64,000 nt of DNA from Callorhinchus milii (GCF_018977255.1 NW_024704746.1:31062001-31126000), one strand, 5' to 3'. Positions 37,201-49,368 are shown, counted from the first letter of the stretch. Notes: generated by a model from the sequence alone, not told the origin. Translations and numbers: made by a program.

Positions 37201-39343
37201 CAGTTGCTCTCACTATTTTCTTGAAGCTCTGAGGTGCTAACATTTGACCAGCATCTTTAAAATGTTCCGATCAATTTAGAGACTCCAAAAATAAGGAAGT
37301 TCACTTGCTATTTAGACAGTTTCTCCTGATTAATATCCTTCCCCATCCAATTTCACGGAAAGCAAGATGTAATTTGTTTCATTTTTGGTGGAATGTTGCT
37401 GGCACAAACTCGCAGTCACATGTGTCCACTTAATATCTGCTTCACTGCAAGTTACATTTTGTGAAAGACTTTCGAGACATTGTTTTATATAAAAGTTGTT
37501 CTGGAACTGGCGAATGCTTCAGCTCTCACTTTTTGAAAGCAATTGCAGAATAGAGGTTATCATTAGTCTAACGATAAACAATAATAATCCTTGCATTTGA
37601 TATAGCGCTTCTCACGTCTTCTCGACGTCTCGAAGCGCTTCACAGAATACACTGTAAAGTGAATTGACTGCATATTTGTGGGCGTATCACGGTAGCCAAT
37701 TGCGCACAGCAGTGTCCCGCAAACAACTGTGGATTTAGAGTCCAAATTATTATTTTTTTCTTGAGGGCTTATTATCAAGCGTGTGGAGTAAGGAAACTTG
37801 CACAAGGTTGCGCCCTGCGGGAATCAAACCCAGGTGTCTTGCTTGCGAGGCGAGTACTCTTGACCACTGAGCTGCTGGACTATTATTATCTAAAGCAAAA
37901 TGAACTGAAAAATTCAGAATTCTAGTAGTTCATACTTCAGAGCATTTGGATCAAGTTAGAACTGGTTAGGATCAAGTCAGAACTGGTTAGGATCAAGTCA
38001 AGTATGGGATTGGTGCACATTTATTATAGGTCACTTCACAAGAGGCGAAATGGAAACTCCCATAAAAATCACCTTCTCAAAACAAAAAAAAAATCCAACT
38101 TAATGGAAAGCAAATAATCAATAGCATTGAACTTAAAATCCAATCTTGACAAGCGGAACCTCTCATTTGATGCACAGGAATACAATGTCACAACTCAAAG
38201 CACTTCTTCCAAAAAAATTACGAAACTCCGAAGTGCAGACAACTATTATGTAAGCAAACAACTGCAGTAGTACCCTCCCCAGAGAGGAAGGCAATGGTGA
38301 ATAAGCCTCTAGTCAACTCGTGCTATTAAATCTTGACATCCACCTGATCTTGATCAAGATAAGATGCATTTTATATCAATTCAACATTCTCAACAAAATT
38401 CGCCCACAAACATACAGTCAATTCACTTTACAGTATATTCTGTGCAGCGCTTTGAGATGTCTGGAAGACATGAAAGGCACTATATTAAATGCAAGGATTA
38501 TTATTATTATAACTTGGGTCAGCAATCAGTTCCACATGAACATTGCTGTGGTGTTGGGGAGTTCTAATCTGCAGTTCCCCTTGTAGTTTTTTTAAACAGT
38601 TCAAAACCTTTTTTTTTAGTTCCGCTCCATATAATAGGAATTTAAACGGTGTCAACCTGGAATTCTCACTTTCAGTCATATATTCCATTTGGCTGGATAC
38701 CAGAATTCTGCTTTGACTTTTGTTACCCTATAGAACTAAAGATGTGGTTTTTTTTGGGGGGTTGGGTTTGTACATGAAACATACAACTTCTGCTTGTGAA
38801 ATGGTAACAAACAATCCAACCTTCAGTAGTACTCTCAAACAAGTTTACAGAATTTGTCTGACTTGATCCAACTCCAATTTACAAGTGAATCTCATTTAAT
38901 CTAGTTCCTCGATTCGCACGCACAACTGTAATACCAGACAGGTCATGTTCCTGGCCAGTAGTGTATATTAATAATAAATAATAATAAAGCATTAAAAATA
39001 AAGCAACAGAAGCAGAATTTAAAGCCCAACTTCACCTGTATAAGCCGTAACACTGCAGTGCACATTTTTTTTTAAAAATACTACCAATTCTTACCACTTT
39101 TAATCAACTTAATATCAACTTTTAAATGAAAGAAAATAAACTTAGTGGCGTCTTGCTGATGTGCCAAACACGCACCTTTTGGGGTTGTGGGCTATTGAGG
39201 ACAATTAACGCACCTGAGTGAGTGTAGGTGACCCCCTGCCCCAGAAGAAGAGCGAACAGCAGCATAAAGTGATGCCAGGTGGAGGAGACATCAATGTTCC
39301 CCAGGTCCACCACCTCCTTTGCTCTTATGTCGACTGAACCCAT
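21987..39343 (-). CDS. TM7SF3: Transmembrane 7 superfamily member 3, about 580 aa; complement(join(21987..22249,23859..24021,24184..24281,25372..25524,26548..26628,27444..27530,28599..28776,29568..29733,30339..30459,34080..34227,34712..34866,39214..39343))
   Basis: Conserved motifs [52 protein letters not shown]; 12 GT-AG exons with consistent phases totalling 1743 nt. Confidence 0.94.
23571..23797 (+). mobile_element. 5'-truncated SINE, long variant
   Basis: TTGTTAGTCGATTGGCGGATCGCTTTCC body to ATCAAATGCAAGATTTATTATT tail. Confidence 0.8.
23859..24021 (-). CDS. TM7SF3: TM7SF3 exon 11
   Basis: [54 protein letters not shown]; 163 nt. Confidence 0.95.
24184..24281 (-). CDS. TM7SF3: TM7SF3 exon 10
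   Basis: (G)[32 protein letters not shown]; 98 nt. Confidence 0.93.
24940..25080 (+). mobile_element. CR1-type LINE 3' tail fragment
   Basis: GAGCCAGCACAGACACGATGGGCCAAATGGCCTCCTTCTGTGCTGTATAATTCTATGA, a typical CR1 terminal hairpin plus ATTCTATG repeat. Confidence 0.7.
25372..25524 (-). CDS. TM7SF3: TM7SF3 exon 9
   Basis: [50 protein letters not shown]; 153 nt. Confidence 0.95.
26548..26628 (-). CDS. TM7SF3: TM7SF3 exon 8
   Basis: (E)[26 protein letters not shown]; 81 nt. Confidence 0.93.
27444..27530 (-). CDS. TM7SF3: TM7SF3 exon 7
   Basis: [28 protein letters not shown]; 87 nt. Confidence 0.93.
28599..28776 (-). CDS. TM7SF3: TM7SF3 exon 6
   Basis: [59 protein letters not shown]; 178 nt. 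Confidence 0.95.
29568..29733 (-). CDS. TM7SF3: TM7SF3 exon 5
   Basis: [55 protein letters not shown]; 166 nt. Confidence 0.93.
30339..30459 (-). CDS. TM7SF3: TM7SF3 exon 4
   Basis: (D)[39 protein letters not shown](R); 121 nt. Confidence 0.95.
32020..33300 (+). mobile_element. Old DeuSINE host split by the L2 insertion
   Basis: Head CACTCTTGCCTCAGAG (32031-32046) resumes as AGAAAGTTGTGGATTGAAACC after 32945; Deu body follows. Confidence 0.65.
32048..32945 (-). mobile_element. 5'-truncated L2-clade LINE (RT C-terminal region, frameshifted) with intact 3' tail
   Basis: [86 protein letters not shown] are hallmark L2 ORF2 motifs; tail CGACGTGAAAAGCGCTATACAAATGTAATC(TTG)n. Confidence 0.92.
33581..33826. 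repeat. Two L2 3' tail fragments in inverted (head-to-head) orientation
   Basis: 33581-33649 (-) and 33759-33826 (+), each ACTGTCCAGC(A/G)CCTTGGGA..CGTGAAAGGCGC..(TTG)n. Confidence 0.8.
34080..34227 (-). CDS. TM7SF3: TM7SF3 exon 3
   Basis: [49 protein letters not shown]; 148 nt. Confidence 0.9.
34712..34866 (-). CDS. TM7SF3: TM7SF3 exon 2
   Basis: (G)[51 protein letters not shown]; 155 nt. Confidence 0.94.
35531..35847 (-). mobile_element. tRNA-derived SINE, short variant
   Basis: GGAGTCCTGTAGCTCAGTGGTTAGAGCACTCGCCTCGCAAGCGAGAGACCTGGGTTTGATTCCC head; internal segment deleted. Confidence 0.9.
37580..37881 (-). mobile_element. tRNA-derived SINE, short variant
   Basis: Full head, body and (TTA) tail. 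Confidence 0.85.
37948..38000 (+). repeat. 21-bp tandem repeat x2.5
   Basis: GGATCAAGT(T/C)AGAACTGGTTA repeated. Confidence 0.85.
39214..39343 (-). CDS. TM7SF3: TM7SF3 exon 1 (signal peptide); start at 39343 or 39265
   Basis: [44 protein letters not shown]|gtgcgt; the phase-1 donor fits exon 2; hydrophobic signal-like core. Confidence 0.75.
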
Positions 39344-40489
39344 CTCTTTAGGTAACGTCCAGTTCTCTCCAAGGCCACCCTCCAGGCTGTTGCTCACCCT
39401 TTAGGTGAATCGAGTCGAAAATGTGCTCAGTGTTTGTTGCCACATGTTGCGAGCAGTTCTCTTTCTGTTTGCACAGACTCTTCTCCTCTATGCTTCTCTC
39501 TCTCTCGTCTTTCTCCCTTCGTTAACAAGCCTAACTTCCTCTGGTTTACCCCACAGATAAATCGGAGATGATGCATCACCACAGCTGCTATCCTATTAAA
39601 CACAACACAAGATCCAGCCTCCTGCCCCTCCTCTCAAGAAAAAAAATATAGCACGCACCCAAAACTTTTTGGGGATTTTATGGGCAAGGTGCATCGTGTT
39701 TCGGAATTTGTACCAAAGCACGACTTGAAAAAAATGTCACAAGACAAGCTATCCAATCTCTGAAAGTGATTGCCAGCTTTAAAGTGGAAGTTGCTATTAT
39801 ATTGCTTTCAGCTGCTGGCTGCACAATATTATGAGCCCCAGCTGTATGAATATTTAGCCAATATTGTGCCTATGGGTCGACACTTACAAACATATTAATT
39901 CCCCCCATTATATTTGTTCGCCCGCAATGCTGCACCACTGCACTTACACCAGCTATATTTTCGGATCGTTTTTATTTTTGCCTCATGGACAAGCATAACA
40001 CTAACCAGTCTCAATACCAAATATAAAATGAAAGGACGTTGTAGTAGATAAAAGATCTAGATGCCGAACATAGAACAATGACATTGCGTCCAAGCACCTT
40101 TAATGTACCTTGGTGTCCCCCGTAACTAGCACTTAACAATGAAATCCCCTGTATAATTACTGTAACGTATCTATTAATGGTAATAAATAAAATAATAGAT
40201 AATAATAATAAAATGATTTGGTCATTCAATACACAACTGTTTGTGGGACATTGCTGTGTGTAATTAGCTGCAGTGTTTCAACCCCAAATATACAGTCACT
40301 ACACTTTACAGTACTTTACAGATAACTGTGAAGTACTTTGAGACGTCAATGACGTGATAAAGCACTATATCAAATGCAAGAATTATTATTAAATGATAAC
40401 ACTATGACTGTAGCAGTGTAAATCATTCCAACGAAAGAACTTTAATTCTTTCAATTTATTAGCACCTTTCCACATTAAAATATTCCATT

Positions 40490-41060
40490 AATCCCTGCCT
40501 CGCCCTCTCTGTGTCTGTGTGAGTCTCTGTCTCTGTGTATGTCTGTGTGTGTGATTCGCTCACTGTCTGTGTCTCCGTGTGGGTCTGTCTGTGTCTCTGT
40601 GTGTGTCTGTGTGTCTCTGACTGTCTGTGTATGTGTGACTGTCTGTGTGTGTGTCTCTGTGTGACAGTCACACACAGACGTCTCCGACCTACTATCCCCC
40701 TCCCTATCCGCCCGTACCCTCCGTTCCTCTGGCTCCGGTCTGCTCCACACCCCCCGCCCCAACCGCCCTACCATCGGTGGTCGGACCTTCAGCCTCTCAG
40801 CCCCGAGGCTCTGGAACTCCATCCCCAGTGCCTTCGCCGCTTCCTCCCTTTCCTCCTTCAAGGCCGGTCTCAAGACCTTTCTCTTTGACCTTCAGCCTTC
40901 ACCTCCCCTCTCGACTCTCTACCCCTCCTCGCTCCCTCCCTTCCCTCCCCTCACTCTGACCATTTCCCCCCAATGCTCGGGTCCTGACCCAACTGTACAG
41001 CGCCTCAGGACGTCCTCCCGGCGTGAAAGGCGCTCTATAAATGGAATCTTGTTGTTGTTG
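40490..41060 (+). mobile_element. L2 3' fragment interrupted by a TG-rich microsatellite (about 40508-40679)
   Basis: ..ACCATCGGTGGTCGGACCTTCAGC..GGCTCTGGAACTCCATCCCC..CTCAAGACCTTTCTCTTTGACC.. and tail GTGAAAGGCGCTCTATAAATGGAATC(TTG)n. Confidence 0.85.
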
Positions 41061-41159
41061 TGTGTGTGTGTGACTTTCTGTCTGTGTGTGTGACTGTCAG
41101 TTTGTGTGACTGTCTGTGTGTGTGTGACTGTGTGTGTGTGTGGCTGTGTGTGTGTGTGT

Positions 41160-41371
41160 TGGGGCTGTGATTGGCTGTGTGTGTGTGTGTTGGGGCTGTG
41201 TGATTGGCTGTGTATGTTGGGGCTGTGTGATTGGCTGTGTATGTTGGGGCTGTGTGATTGGCTGTGTGTGTGTGTTGGGGCTGTGTGATTGGCTGTGTGT
41301 GTTGGGGCTGTGTGATTGGCTGGCGGTGGCTGTGAGTTGGTCCAATCACAGGGCGTGTTGTTGGGGTGAAG
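41160..41371. promoter_or_regulatory. MED21 promoter (divergent from TM7SF3) with a tandem CCAAT-box minisatellite
   Basis: Six TGATTGGCTG units in a ~28-34 bp repeat plus an opposite-strand CCAATCA at 41342, directly upstream of GAAGATGGC start. Confidence 0.75.
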
Positions 41372-41413
41372 ATGGCTGACAGACTGACACAGCTGCAGGA
41401 CGCCGTCAACTCG
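41372..41413 (+). CDS. MED21: MED21 exon 1
   Basis: [14 protein letters not shown]|gtcagt. Confidence 0.95.
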
Positions 41414-44400
41414 GTCAGTGCCCGGGCTCCCCCAGGCCAGGCCTCCCCCAGGCCTCGGCTCCCCCAGGCCTCCCCCAGGCCAGGGCCCCCCAGGCCTCGG
41501 CCCCACCAGGCCTCGGCCCCACCAGGCCAGGGCCCCCAGGCCAGGCCTCCCCCAGGCCACAGTCTGTGTGTGTGTGTGAGAGTCTGTCTGTGGGGATGGG
41601 TGTGTGTGAGAGTCTGTCTGTGTGTGTGTGTGAGAGTCTGTCTGTGGGGATGTGTGTGTGTGTGTGTGTGTGAGAGAGTCTGTCTGTGGGGATGTGTGTG
41701 TGTGTGTGTGAGAGTCTGTCTGTGTGTGNNNNNNNNNNNNNNNNNNNNNNNNNNNNNNNNNNNNNNNNNNNNNNNNNNNNNNNNNNNNNNNNNNNNNNNN
41801 NNNNNNNNNNNNNNNNNNNNNNNNNNNNNNNNNNNNNNNNNNNNNNNNNNNNNNNNNNNNGATGGGTGTGTGTGTGAGTCTGTCTGTGGGGATGGGTGTG
41901 TGTGTGTGTGAGAGTCTGTCTGTGTGTGTGAGAGTCTGTCTGTGGGGATGTGTGTGTGTGTGAGAGAGTCTGTCTGTGGGGATGGGTGTGTGTGTGTGTG
42001 TGTGTGAGAGTCTGTCTGTGGGGATGGGTGTGTGTGTGTGTGTGAGAGTCTGTCTGTGGGGATGGGTGTGTGTGTGTGAGAGAGTCTGTCTGTGGGGATG
42101 GGTGTGTGTGAGAGTCTGTCTGTGGGGATGTGTGTGTGTGTGAGAGTCTGTCTGTGGGGATGTGTGTGTGTGTGTGTGTGTGTGAGAGTCTGTCTGTGGG
42201 GATGGGTGTGTGTGAGTCAGTGGGGGTCAGCTGTGTGGGCTATGAAGTGGTGGATCCCTGGTGGTCCCTGTCAGGTCTTGTGTGCTTGTTTGGCCAACCT
42301 GGTGTCTGTCTGACACAGGTGCAAACCCATCACAAGGCTTAAGAGCATCCAAACCCAGCAGAATCCCATGCATCCCACCTACACGTGTAAATCCCTGTTT
42401 GTGGGACGCTGCTGTGTGGGAATCGTCTGCTATTTTTTCCTACAAATATAGGTACACTACATGTTACAGTAGGACCTATGAAGTGCATTGAGACATTTTG
42501 ATGACATAGATCATGAGGTTCTTTATATCAAATGCCAGGACTATTAAAGGCAGCAACTGATTTTGACTTGGTATTTGAGTCCTGAGCATTGTTATAAATG
42601 TGCACAATGAGTGTGAACTTTCTTATAGGGTCCATAAAATACATAAAACATGCAGTACTGTGTTGTTTAACTTTTTTGTTATTAACTTCTCTGTAATTGG
42701 GCTTTCTTTGTTTTCCTTGTAGCTGGCAGACCAGTTCTGTAATGCTGTAGGTGTGCTACAACAGTGTGCACCTCCAGCATCATTTAGTAACATCCAAACT
42801 GCTATAAACAAAGACCAGCCCTCTAATCCAACAGAAGGTAAGTACTAAATAATATATTTTTATAAGGACAACCTTCAAGGCTTGTCTCAAGTCCCTCCTC
42901 TTCGACCGCATCTTTAGCTACCCTCCAGCCGCACTCCCTGATCCCAACCCCCCCAGCTTGGGTCTAAATCCCTAACTGTCCAGCCCCTTGGGAAGTCCTC
43001 CCAACGTGAAAGGTGTTACACAAATGTAATTTTGTATTCAATGAGTTTGTGGTATAATTAAGATACCTAAAGTTTTGATTTGAGGTCTAGATTATATTTG
43101 TTGTTTTGGAATCAGATCTACATAAGTAACTTATTATAATATTGAAGTAACCTATGAATTTTTTTTTATAGTTTAATATTTATTCTGTTGCTGGAACATT
43201 CTATAGATAAGCATTCATATCAAGTTGATTATGGGACCTGCTTTGCACAAATTGGATTGCTATGTTTGCCTATAAATAGTCACTACACTTGAAAACAATT
43301 CCTTAATGTTTAAATGATATAGCTGCTGTAACGAATGCTGTACAAAACGTATTAAGCTATTGCATCAATTTTAATTTTTCAGTCCCCCAAATGAAACTGA
43401 GCCAAAAAAATCCAAAAAGTTCCAGGTTCAGGCGTTGGTCTGCTAAGTTCATCTATACTGCTGACAATTGATCAAACCAGTCCCTGTAGTACAATCAAGG
43501 CATTACATTATTCATGTCACAACTTTATCATACAATTTTAAACCTATGCAGTATTATATACTTGCCGATTTTCATTTCAAATAGAAAATTAGCTCACATT
43601 CTAGTTATAAATTATGGCGTTTTACCTTGTTAATGGCAAATAGAAAGAATAGACAGAACAAAATGTTCCAACAAATTACATTTGTGTAGCGCCTTTCACA
43701 TCAGGAGTACGCCCCGAGGCACAGGACAGGCAGGGATAACCAGCAAATGATACAAAATTACTATTTGCTAATATTCCAGAGCTGCAGTTATTGATTAAAT
43801 AAGAAAAATGTTGTCAAACTGCACTTACAGGCACTAAAATTATATTCATAACTAATCTGCAAAATGTGTATTGTGGCCTTCCCTTTCTTACTATGTCTGA
43901 GGTTTGGGACTTTGTCACTTCCTGAGGCATAGTTTGACAAGCGTTGGCTGCCCTTTAATCCTTTCCCAAGTGATCATTCTTTGGGTAACTTTAAGTATTG
44001 AGTGTTGACAGAGTGTTTGACAATGAAAGGGGATCAGGAAAATGTTATTCTGTATTTTGCAGGAGTGATCAATAGTGAGACACTTTTTTTTCTCCCTGTA
44101 TACCTAATTAAAGTGTTCTAGTTTAGTTTATCCAACAACATACAGTGAGAATATAACCGGACATAATAATAATAATACTTGCATTTGATCTAGCGCCTTA
44201 TCACATATTCTGTTTTGTCAAACATAATACTTTTTGACTTGGCTATGGATTTTTAAATAACAGGTGGAATGTACATTTTCTGTAGTTAAAGAAACCTCCA
44301 CAATAGAGCCTTATCCTGATATATACTTTTTCATGACCCTCAGATTCTGTTGGTGTTTAGGGATAATTATGTTTTTTCTCCTAGAATATGCTCAGCTTTT

Positions 44401-47400
44401 TGCTGCATTGATCGCCAGAACTGCTAAAGACATAGATGTGTTAGTTGACTCACTACCCAGTGAAGAATCTACAGCAGCATTACAGGTAATTACAAGTGGG
44501 TCACGCACAGAAAATTTTGGAAAGGGGCTTTGTAAATTTCAGGAACAGTAATAATTTTGTAGAACCATAATTTAGTAAACCTGGACAACAATCAGTTACT
44601 GTATAATTAATGTGTTTGTATATATTTATATAGGGCTGTTCAACCCATAGTAGGTTTGTGAATGTTTTAACTTTGAAATGAATTTGTTTAGATACCGATA
44701 AAGAAACAATGAGATAAATGAAGCAAACAGATATAACTTGTTCTTTTAATTGTTGTTAGGGGCTGGATTTCATATTAGTTGGTGTATCATAAAATAATAT
44801 AGATATTTATACTATTATTTATAAATATTTATATTTCATGAGAATATGAAAGTCTCCCACTCTCTCTGGTTAAGAAAGCTATAGGTTCAGTGAATTAAAA
44901 TTATCTCAAACCCATTAAAGTAGGTGCAGATCAAATGCATAGCAGTCCTACAACACTTATTCACACTTACTAGGAACCAGGTTCACATTTTGGGTCATAG
45001 CATTATCGCTCAAGATCTGAAACTGAAATTAACACTTGCACGGTGGCCGATGATGAGGTTAAAGTATGTTTGAGGCACAGTGTAAGTACCATACTGCATA
45101 GTTGGCTATGCCATACCTTAGCTAGGTGTCCATAATGGTGGGGGTAGAGCTCAGATTAAACCCAGTATGATATTATTTTCAGAGTGCTCAGCTTTCACAT
45201 TAGTTTAGAGCATTGTCTCTTTAGCTGTGTTTGGCTGGTAGTATTTTTGCTTCTGGGCCAGAAGATTGTTGTGTTGGTTGAGTCTCCACATCAGGTTTGA
45301 GCTCATAGTTGCAGCTGATGCTCCCAATGAATTAATGGCAGAGTTGACACATTCCAAGTGTTGGTTGACCAGAACATTGTATAGACTTCTCAAAATCTGA
45401 ACTCAACTGAGATCTAGCTTGGGATTTTATGTTCTATGAAATGCTTCCTTTTTTTGAAAATTCCTGAGTCAAAAGTATAAAATGTAAAAAAAATGTGGTC
45501 ACTCAAACCACAACTATTTGTGGGACACTGCTGTGCGCAATTGACTGCCACGTTTTGCCGACGTTTTGTATAGTTGAATTTTATTTTGTGCATTGTGTAA
45601 AAGGCATAAAATAAAATTGAAGTATGTCTGTTTATTTATTTCAATATTTTTTTTCCACCTAGCATCCAAATAGTGTGATTTATCTTCACACTAATGTATA
45701 CAGAGTAGCTTGTAGGGTATAAGAAAGATCTTGTACCGTATGAGAATTCCCAGACCAGAAAGAAAGATTAAAAACCTAAATGCATTGTTAAGCTTTAAAG
45801 AGTTCTCAGAATTAGAGTAAAATGCTGCACCCATCCAAGGGTTTGAGAGGTGAACTGAAAAAAAGCTAGGGTTTAGGTAAGCTAGGGTAGTATCAATTTG
45901 GAAACTTGGCCCATCAACTTCCTTTATTACTGCGCTGTTAAAACGGTTGAGAAGGTTCATCCTGTTTCTTAACATTTTGTCACTGTAGTTGACAATGAGA
46001 AATGCAATACCATGTGATGAAAATGGTGCCATCGTTTCACTGAAGTATTTATAAACCTATTTTATGTTCACACGAGTCCAAGCCATGCTCCGCTGGCTCC
46101 TTGTCGCTGTAACAGATTGATTTAAAGATCCTCACACTCATTTTCAAATCCCTTCATGCCCTGGGACCTCCCTACCTCTTCAACCTGCTTACTCTCCAAC
46201 CCACTACCCGCTACCTCCGCTGAACTGGCTCCGGCCTCCTGCATGACCTTGTGTCCTTCGTTCCACCATCGGTGGCTGCGCTTTCAGGCACTATGCCCCA
46301 AAACTGGAACACTCTTCCTCTATTCCTCTGCTTGCCCCTTCCTTCCCCATATTCAATTTGTGCCTGAAGACCTTCTTCTTCAGCCATGCCTATGATCACC
46401 TGGATCAGCGTCATGTTCGGCCGCTCTGGGCTACATAAATGCATGTTGTTGTTTTGACTGCCCCACGTAATTCAAAAAAGGTTTAGCTTCACTCCTGTTT
46501 TAAGTAAATTTTAAAGGTCTGTGCTTGAATGAATAATCCATTCTGTAGAAGAAACAAAAAATCTTTCCATCAAATCCTTCCACATCCAGTAAAGCATGAG
46601 TTATAGTTTTACAATATTGCACCAACAGTTTGCTTTAAAATTCAACAGCAGAAATATGGCACCTATTGCATGGATGTGGTATTTCCCAATAAGCCTTGTA
46701 GACTTCCTCGGAAACATCATTCATAGGCATTGAGTTCACTTCTACATGTGTGGAGGTGACACCCAACTCTATCTTTCTGACTCTACCCTTGATTCCGACA
46801 CCACTACTGTTCTGACTAATTGTCAAACAATAATTTCTGGATGAGTTTCCACTTTCTATAACTCAATGTCTACAAGACCAAGGCTCTCCTTGGCTTCTGT
46901 CAGCGCTTTCTCACCTCAGGCACTACCTGCATCACTCCACCTTATGGAGCCAGTATCCTGTTAAAGACTCCCGGTGCCATGCAAGCCTCACTTGTGTTAA
47001 TAAATGAACATTTGACTCATCAATGAATGAAATGTCACATGAAATTATGGTGAATAAAATATTCATTTTCATAATGTGTTTCTTATTTGTTGATAATCTT
47101 ATCCAGTGTCAAAGAAGGTTATCAATATGATGAAATAATCACTTTCTCACAAAATCCCTGACTCCTAATTTCAATGATTTCATGGTTTCACAATTTTACT
47201 GAAAAATTCAGGGATTTTGCGAAATCCCTGGTTTCACAACCTTTACTGTAATATATAGACTTTCAGCTAAGTTGTAATATCTCATTGTGCTCAAGAAGTT
47301 ATCTGGTTCTCAGAAGAAACTCTAGAGAGCTTCTTTGCCCTCTGATTTTAATGCCAAGGTGCAGTGTAAGCAATGTGATCTTTATCACATTGTTGGTGAG

Positions 47401-48040
47401 CCATCTATGGGATATTCAAGGTAATGCAGAGTTTAAGAAAATAGTTCGTGAACATCACAGTAATAATCAGGAGCATTGAAGATATTGGCCTGGTACACTT
47501 GGAACGATTGGTAGATTAGAAATCTAAATTATCTTGTTAATGCATCTTGCTGGTAGAAATTGTCCAACTTCCTTTTTCCTGTTAGCTGGTTCAATTACTG
47601 TAAAGTATTTATACCTGTAAATTGCCCTCCTCCAGGGTAATATCCCCTGGTTATGAGAATATAATGTGCTGACATCATCTGCAATCACGTCCCGTGTAAA
47701 CACTGCTTTTCCGATGCAGTATCATGTTTCACAAGAAAATGAGTAGGTTTGCCTATTCAGGACAACAGCTGTAAACCTGGAAGAATAAATGCTTTTCCAT
47801 ATGTGGTGTTAGTGGACTGTGGTGAAGCGTAAGCTGTAATAACTGTTGTTTCTTGACCTCCAGGCTGAAAGTTTACGTCGGTTAGAAGCGGAAAATCACG
47901 AAGCTGCAGCTCGGTTAGAATTGGTTGTTTACCAAGGGGATATGCTGTTGGAAAAGATACAGAGTGCATTAGCTGATATTGCTCAGTCGCAGCTTGGGAC
48001 AAGAAGCAGTGGACATAGTCAGCATGTTCCTGAATCGTAA
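41372..48040 (+). CDS. MED21: Mediator complex subunit 21, 144 aa; join(41372..41413,42723..42837,44385..44485,47864..48040)
   Basis: [29 protein letters not shown]../[48 protein letters not shown]..; exons 42+115+101+177=435 nt. Confidence 0.97.
41425..42215 (+). repeat. MED21 intron 1 minisatellites (CCCCAGGCC-type, then GAGAGTCTGTCTGTGGGGATG(GG)(TG)n), containing an N gap at 41729-41860
   Basis: Direct inspection. Confidence 0.9.
42723..42837 (+). CDS. MED21: MED21 exon 2
   Basis: [38 protein letters not shown]|gtaagt. Confidence 0.96.
44385..44485 (+). CDS. MED21: MED21 exon 3
   Basis: (E)[33 protein letters not shown]|gtaatt. Confidence 0.96.
46070..46455 (+). mobile_element. Older L2 3' fragment
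   Basis: Degraded LHWLP..RIDFKI..FKSLH coding remnant; CCACCATCGGTGGCTGCGCTTTCAG; tail ATAAATGCATGTTGTTG. Confidence 0.7.
47864..48040 (+). CDS. MED21: MED21 exon 4
   Basis: [58 protein letters not shown]. Confidence 0.96.
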   Translation, partial: AESLRRLEAENHEAAARLELVVYQGDMLLEKIQSALADIAQSQLGTRSSGHSQHVPES

Positions 48041-48341
48041 TAGCAGGACATGGTAAACTAAGGGCGCGATCTTAACTGCTTGAGAACTGTTGTCGCCTTG
48101 GATCATACACTGTTGCTGCAAAAAATACGATTTTTTTAAAAATTATTTTTATTAAAACTCTAAAGAATGCTCCCGGTAACAATTTTTTCTTTGTGAAAGA
48201 GTAAACTTATTTTTCCTCAGCATACTTGTCTTCAACTTTCTTCCTTTTTGATCCTTTTGCAAGTTTTTTTTAAAAAGAAGAGCAATTGGACATGTAACAT
48301 TGTCTGCTACAGCAAAAGTCTCAATTTGGCTTTGAAAACTC

Positions 48342-48347
48342 AATAAA
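48342..48347 (+). terminator. Candidate MED21 polyadenylation signal (another near 48596)
   Basis: AATAAA 300 nt after the stop codon. Confidence 0.45.
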
Positions 48348-48913
48348 TCAACTGTTCTCATAAAACTAAAGTTCTTTACATTTTGGAAAACACATGTTTA
48401 ATCTGTTGCATACTGAAACATGTTCCCTTTGGTGCTATGTCATTAGAGTGATTAGAGAATTGAAATATGTTCTTAGAAATAAGACCTTTTGTTAGACCAG
48501 ACCTAATCTGACAAAACCAATAGAAACTTGGAACAGTAGATGTTCCAGTGAAGATTTCATAACTGTATAGTTAGTTAGATCTTCTGCATATATGGAATAA
48601 ATATTGTATTCAAGTTCCTATATAATATTTTGTTTATATGGTGTATGTTTCAGTTTAAAATTATAAATAAACTTTTCAATGGTTGACTTTGGCTTGGTGT
48701 TGAAGGCATGGAGAAAATGACTGAAGTATTTTATCAGGTGTGACTTGCTGTGCTTGTATCTGGTTTTGAAAATAGTAGTTCATTTGTCTCCCCTCACCTG
48801 TTAATATTTCTGGTAAATAGATTTAGTCAACTTATCGTGTTACACGTTAACTAGATTCTATATTTTGCACATGAGAAAATGTTCACACGGTGTCCTGCTA
48901 AGTGCATTGGACC

Positions 48914-49140
48914 CATAGAATATTACAGCCCAGAAGGCCATTTAGTCCATCACTTCTGCTGGCTCTGAAAGAAAGAATTAATTCAATCTCACTGTGTTTG
49001 TCTTTTCCCCATACACCTGAAAATCACATGTTGCCTCTTACAAAGCTATAATGGATCCTGCCTCGACCACCACATCAGTTGTGTATTTCCCATCCTGACA
49101 ACCCTCTGTGTAAAAATATTCCTCCTAATCATCCCTCTTT
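48914..49140 (-). mobile_element. CR1-type LINE 3' fragment
   Basis: CATAGAATATTACAGCCCAGAAGGCCATTTAGTCCATC is the reverse complement of the CR1 tail; ACAACCCTCTGTGTAAAAATATT is the reverse of ..FTQRVV.. coding. Confidence 0.65.
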
Positions 49141-49368
49141 ATTCAACGCTATTTGTAACTAACCAGTGTGGCAAAAACAGCCATTTTGCATTTTGACTGT
49201 GACTGTTAAATGTATGAGGGTGAAAAGTGAGAGTGAATGAGACACAGTATGAGAGCTAAACGAGATAAATAGACAAAATGATTGGGGGGGGGGAGGAATA
49301 TGTGTGACAGTGGGAGATCTGGGAGAGAAGAGAGTGGGTGTCACAAACAAGGAAGACACTGATAATAT

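Noticed and set aside
37948-38000. Short direct repeats (also 51956-52140, 41160-41330) as a CRISPR-like array
   Set aside because: No unique spacers, no cas genes, vertebrate context; plain tandem repeats
40459-42342. His/Thr- and Cys/Val-rich ORFs
   Set aside because: Translations of (TG)n microsatellites and N gaps; only 41372-41413 is coding
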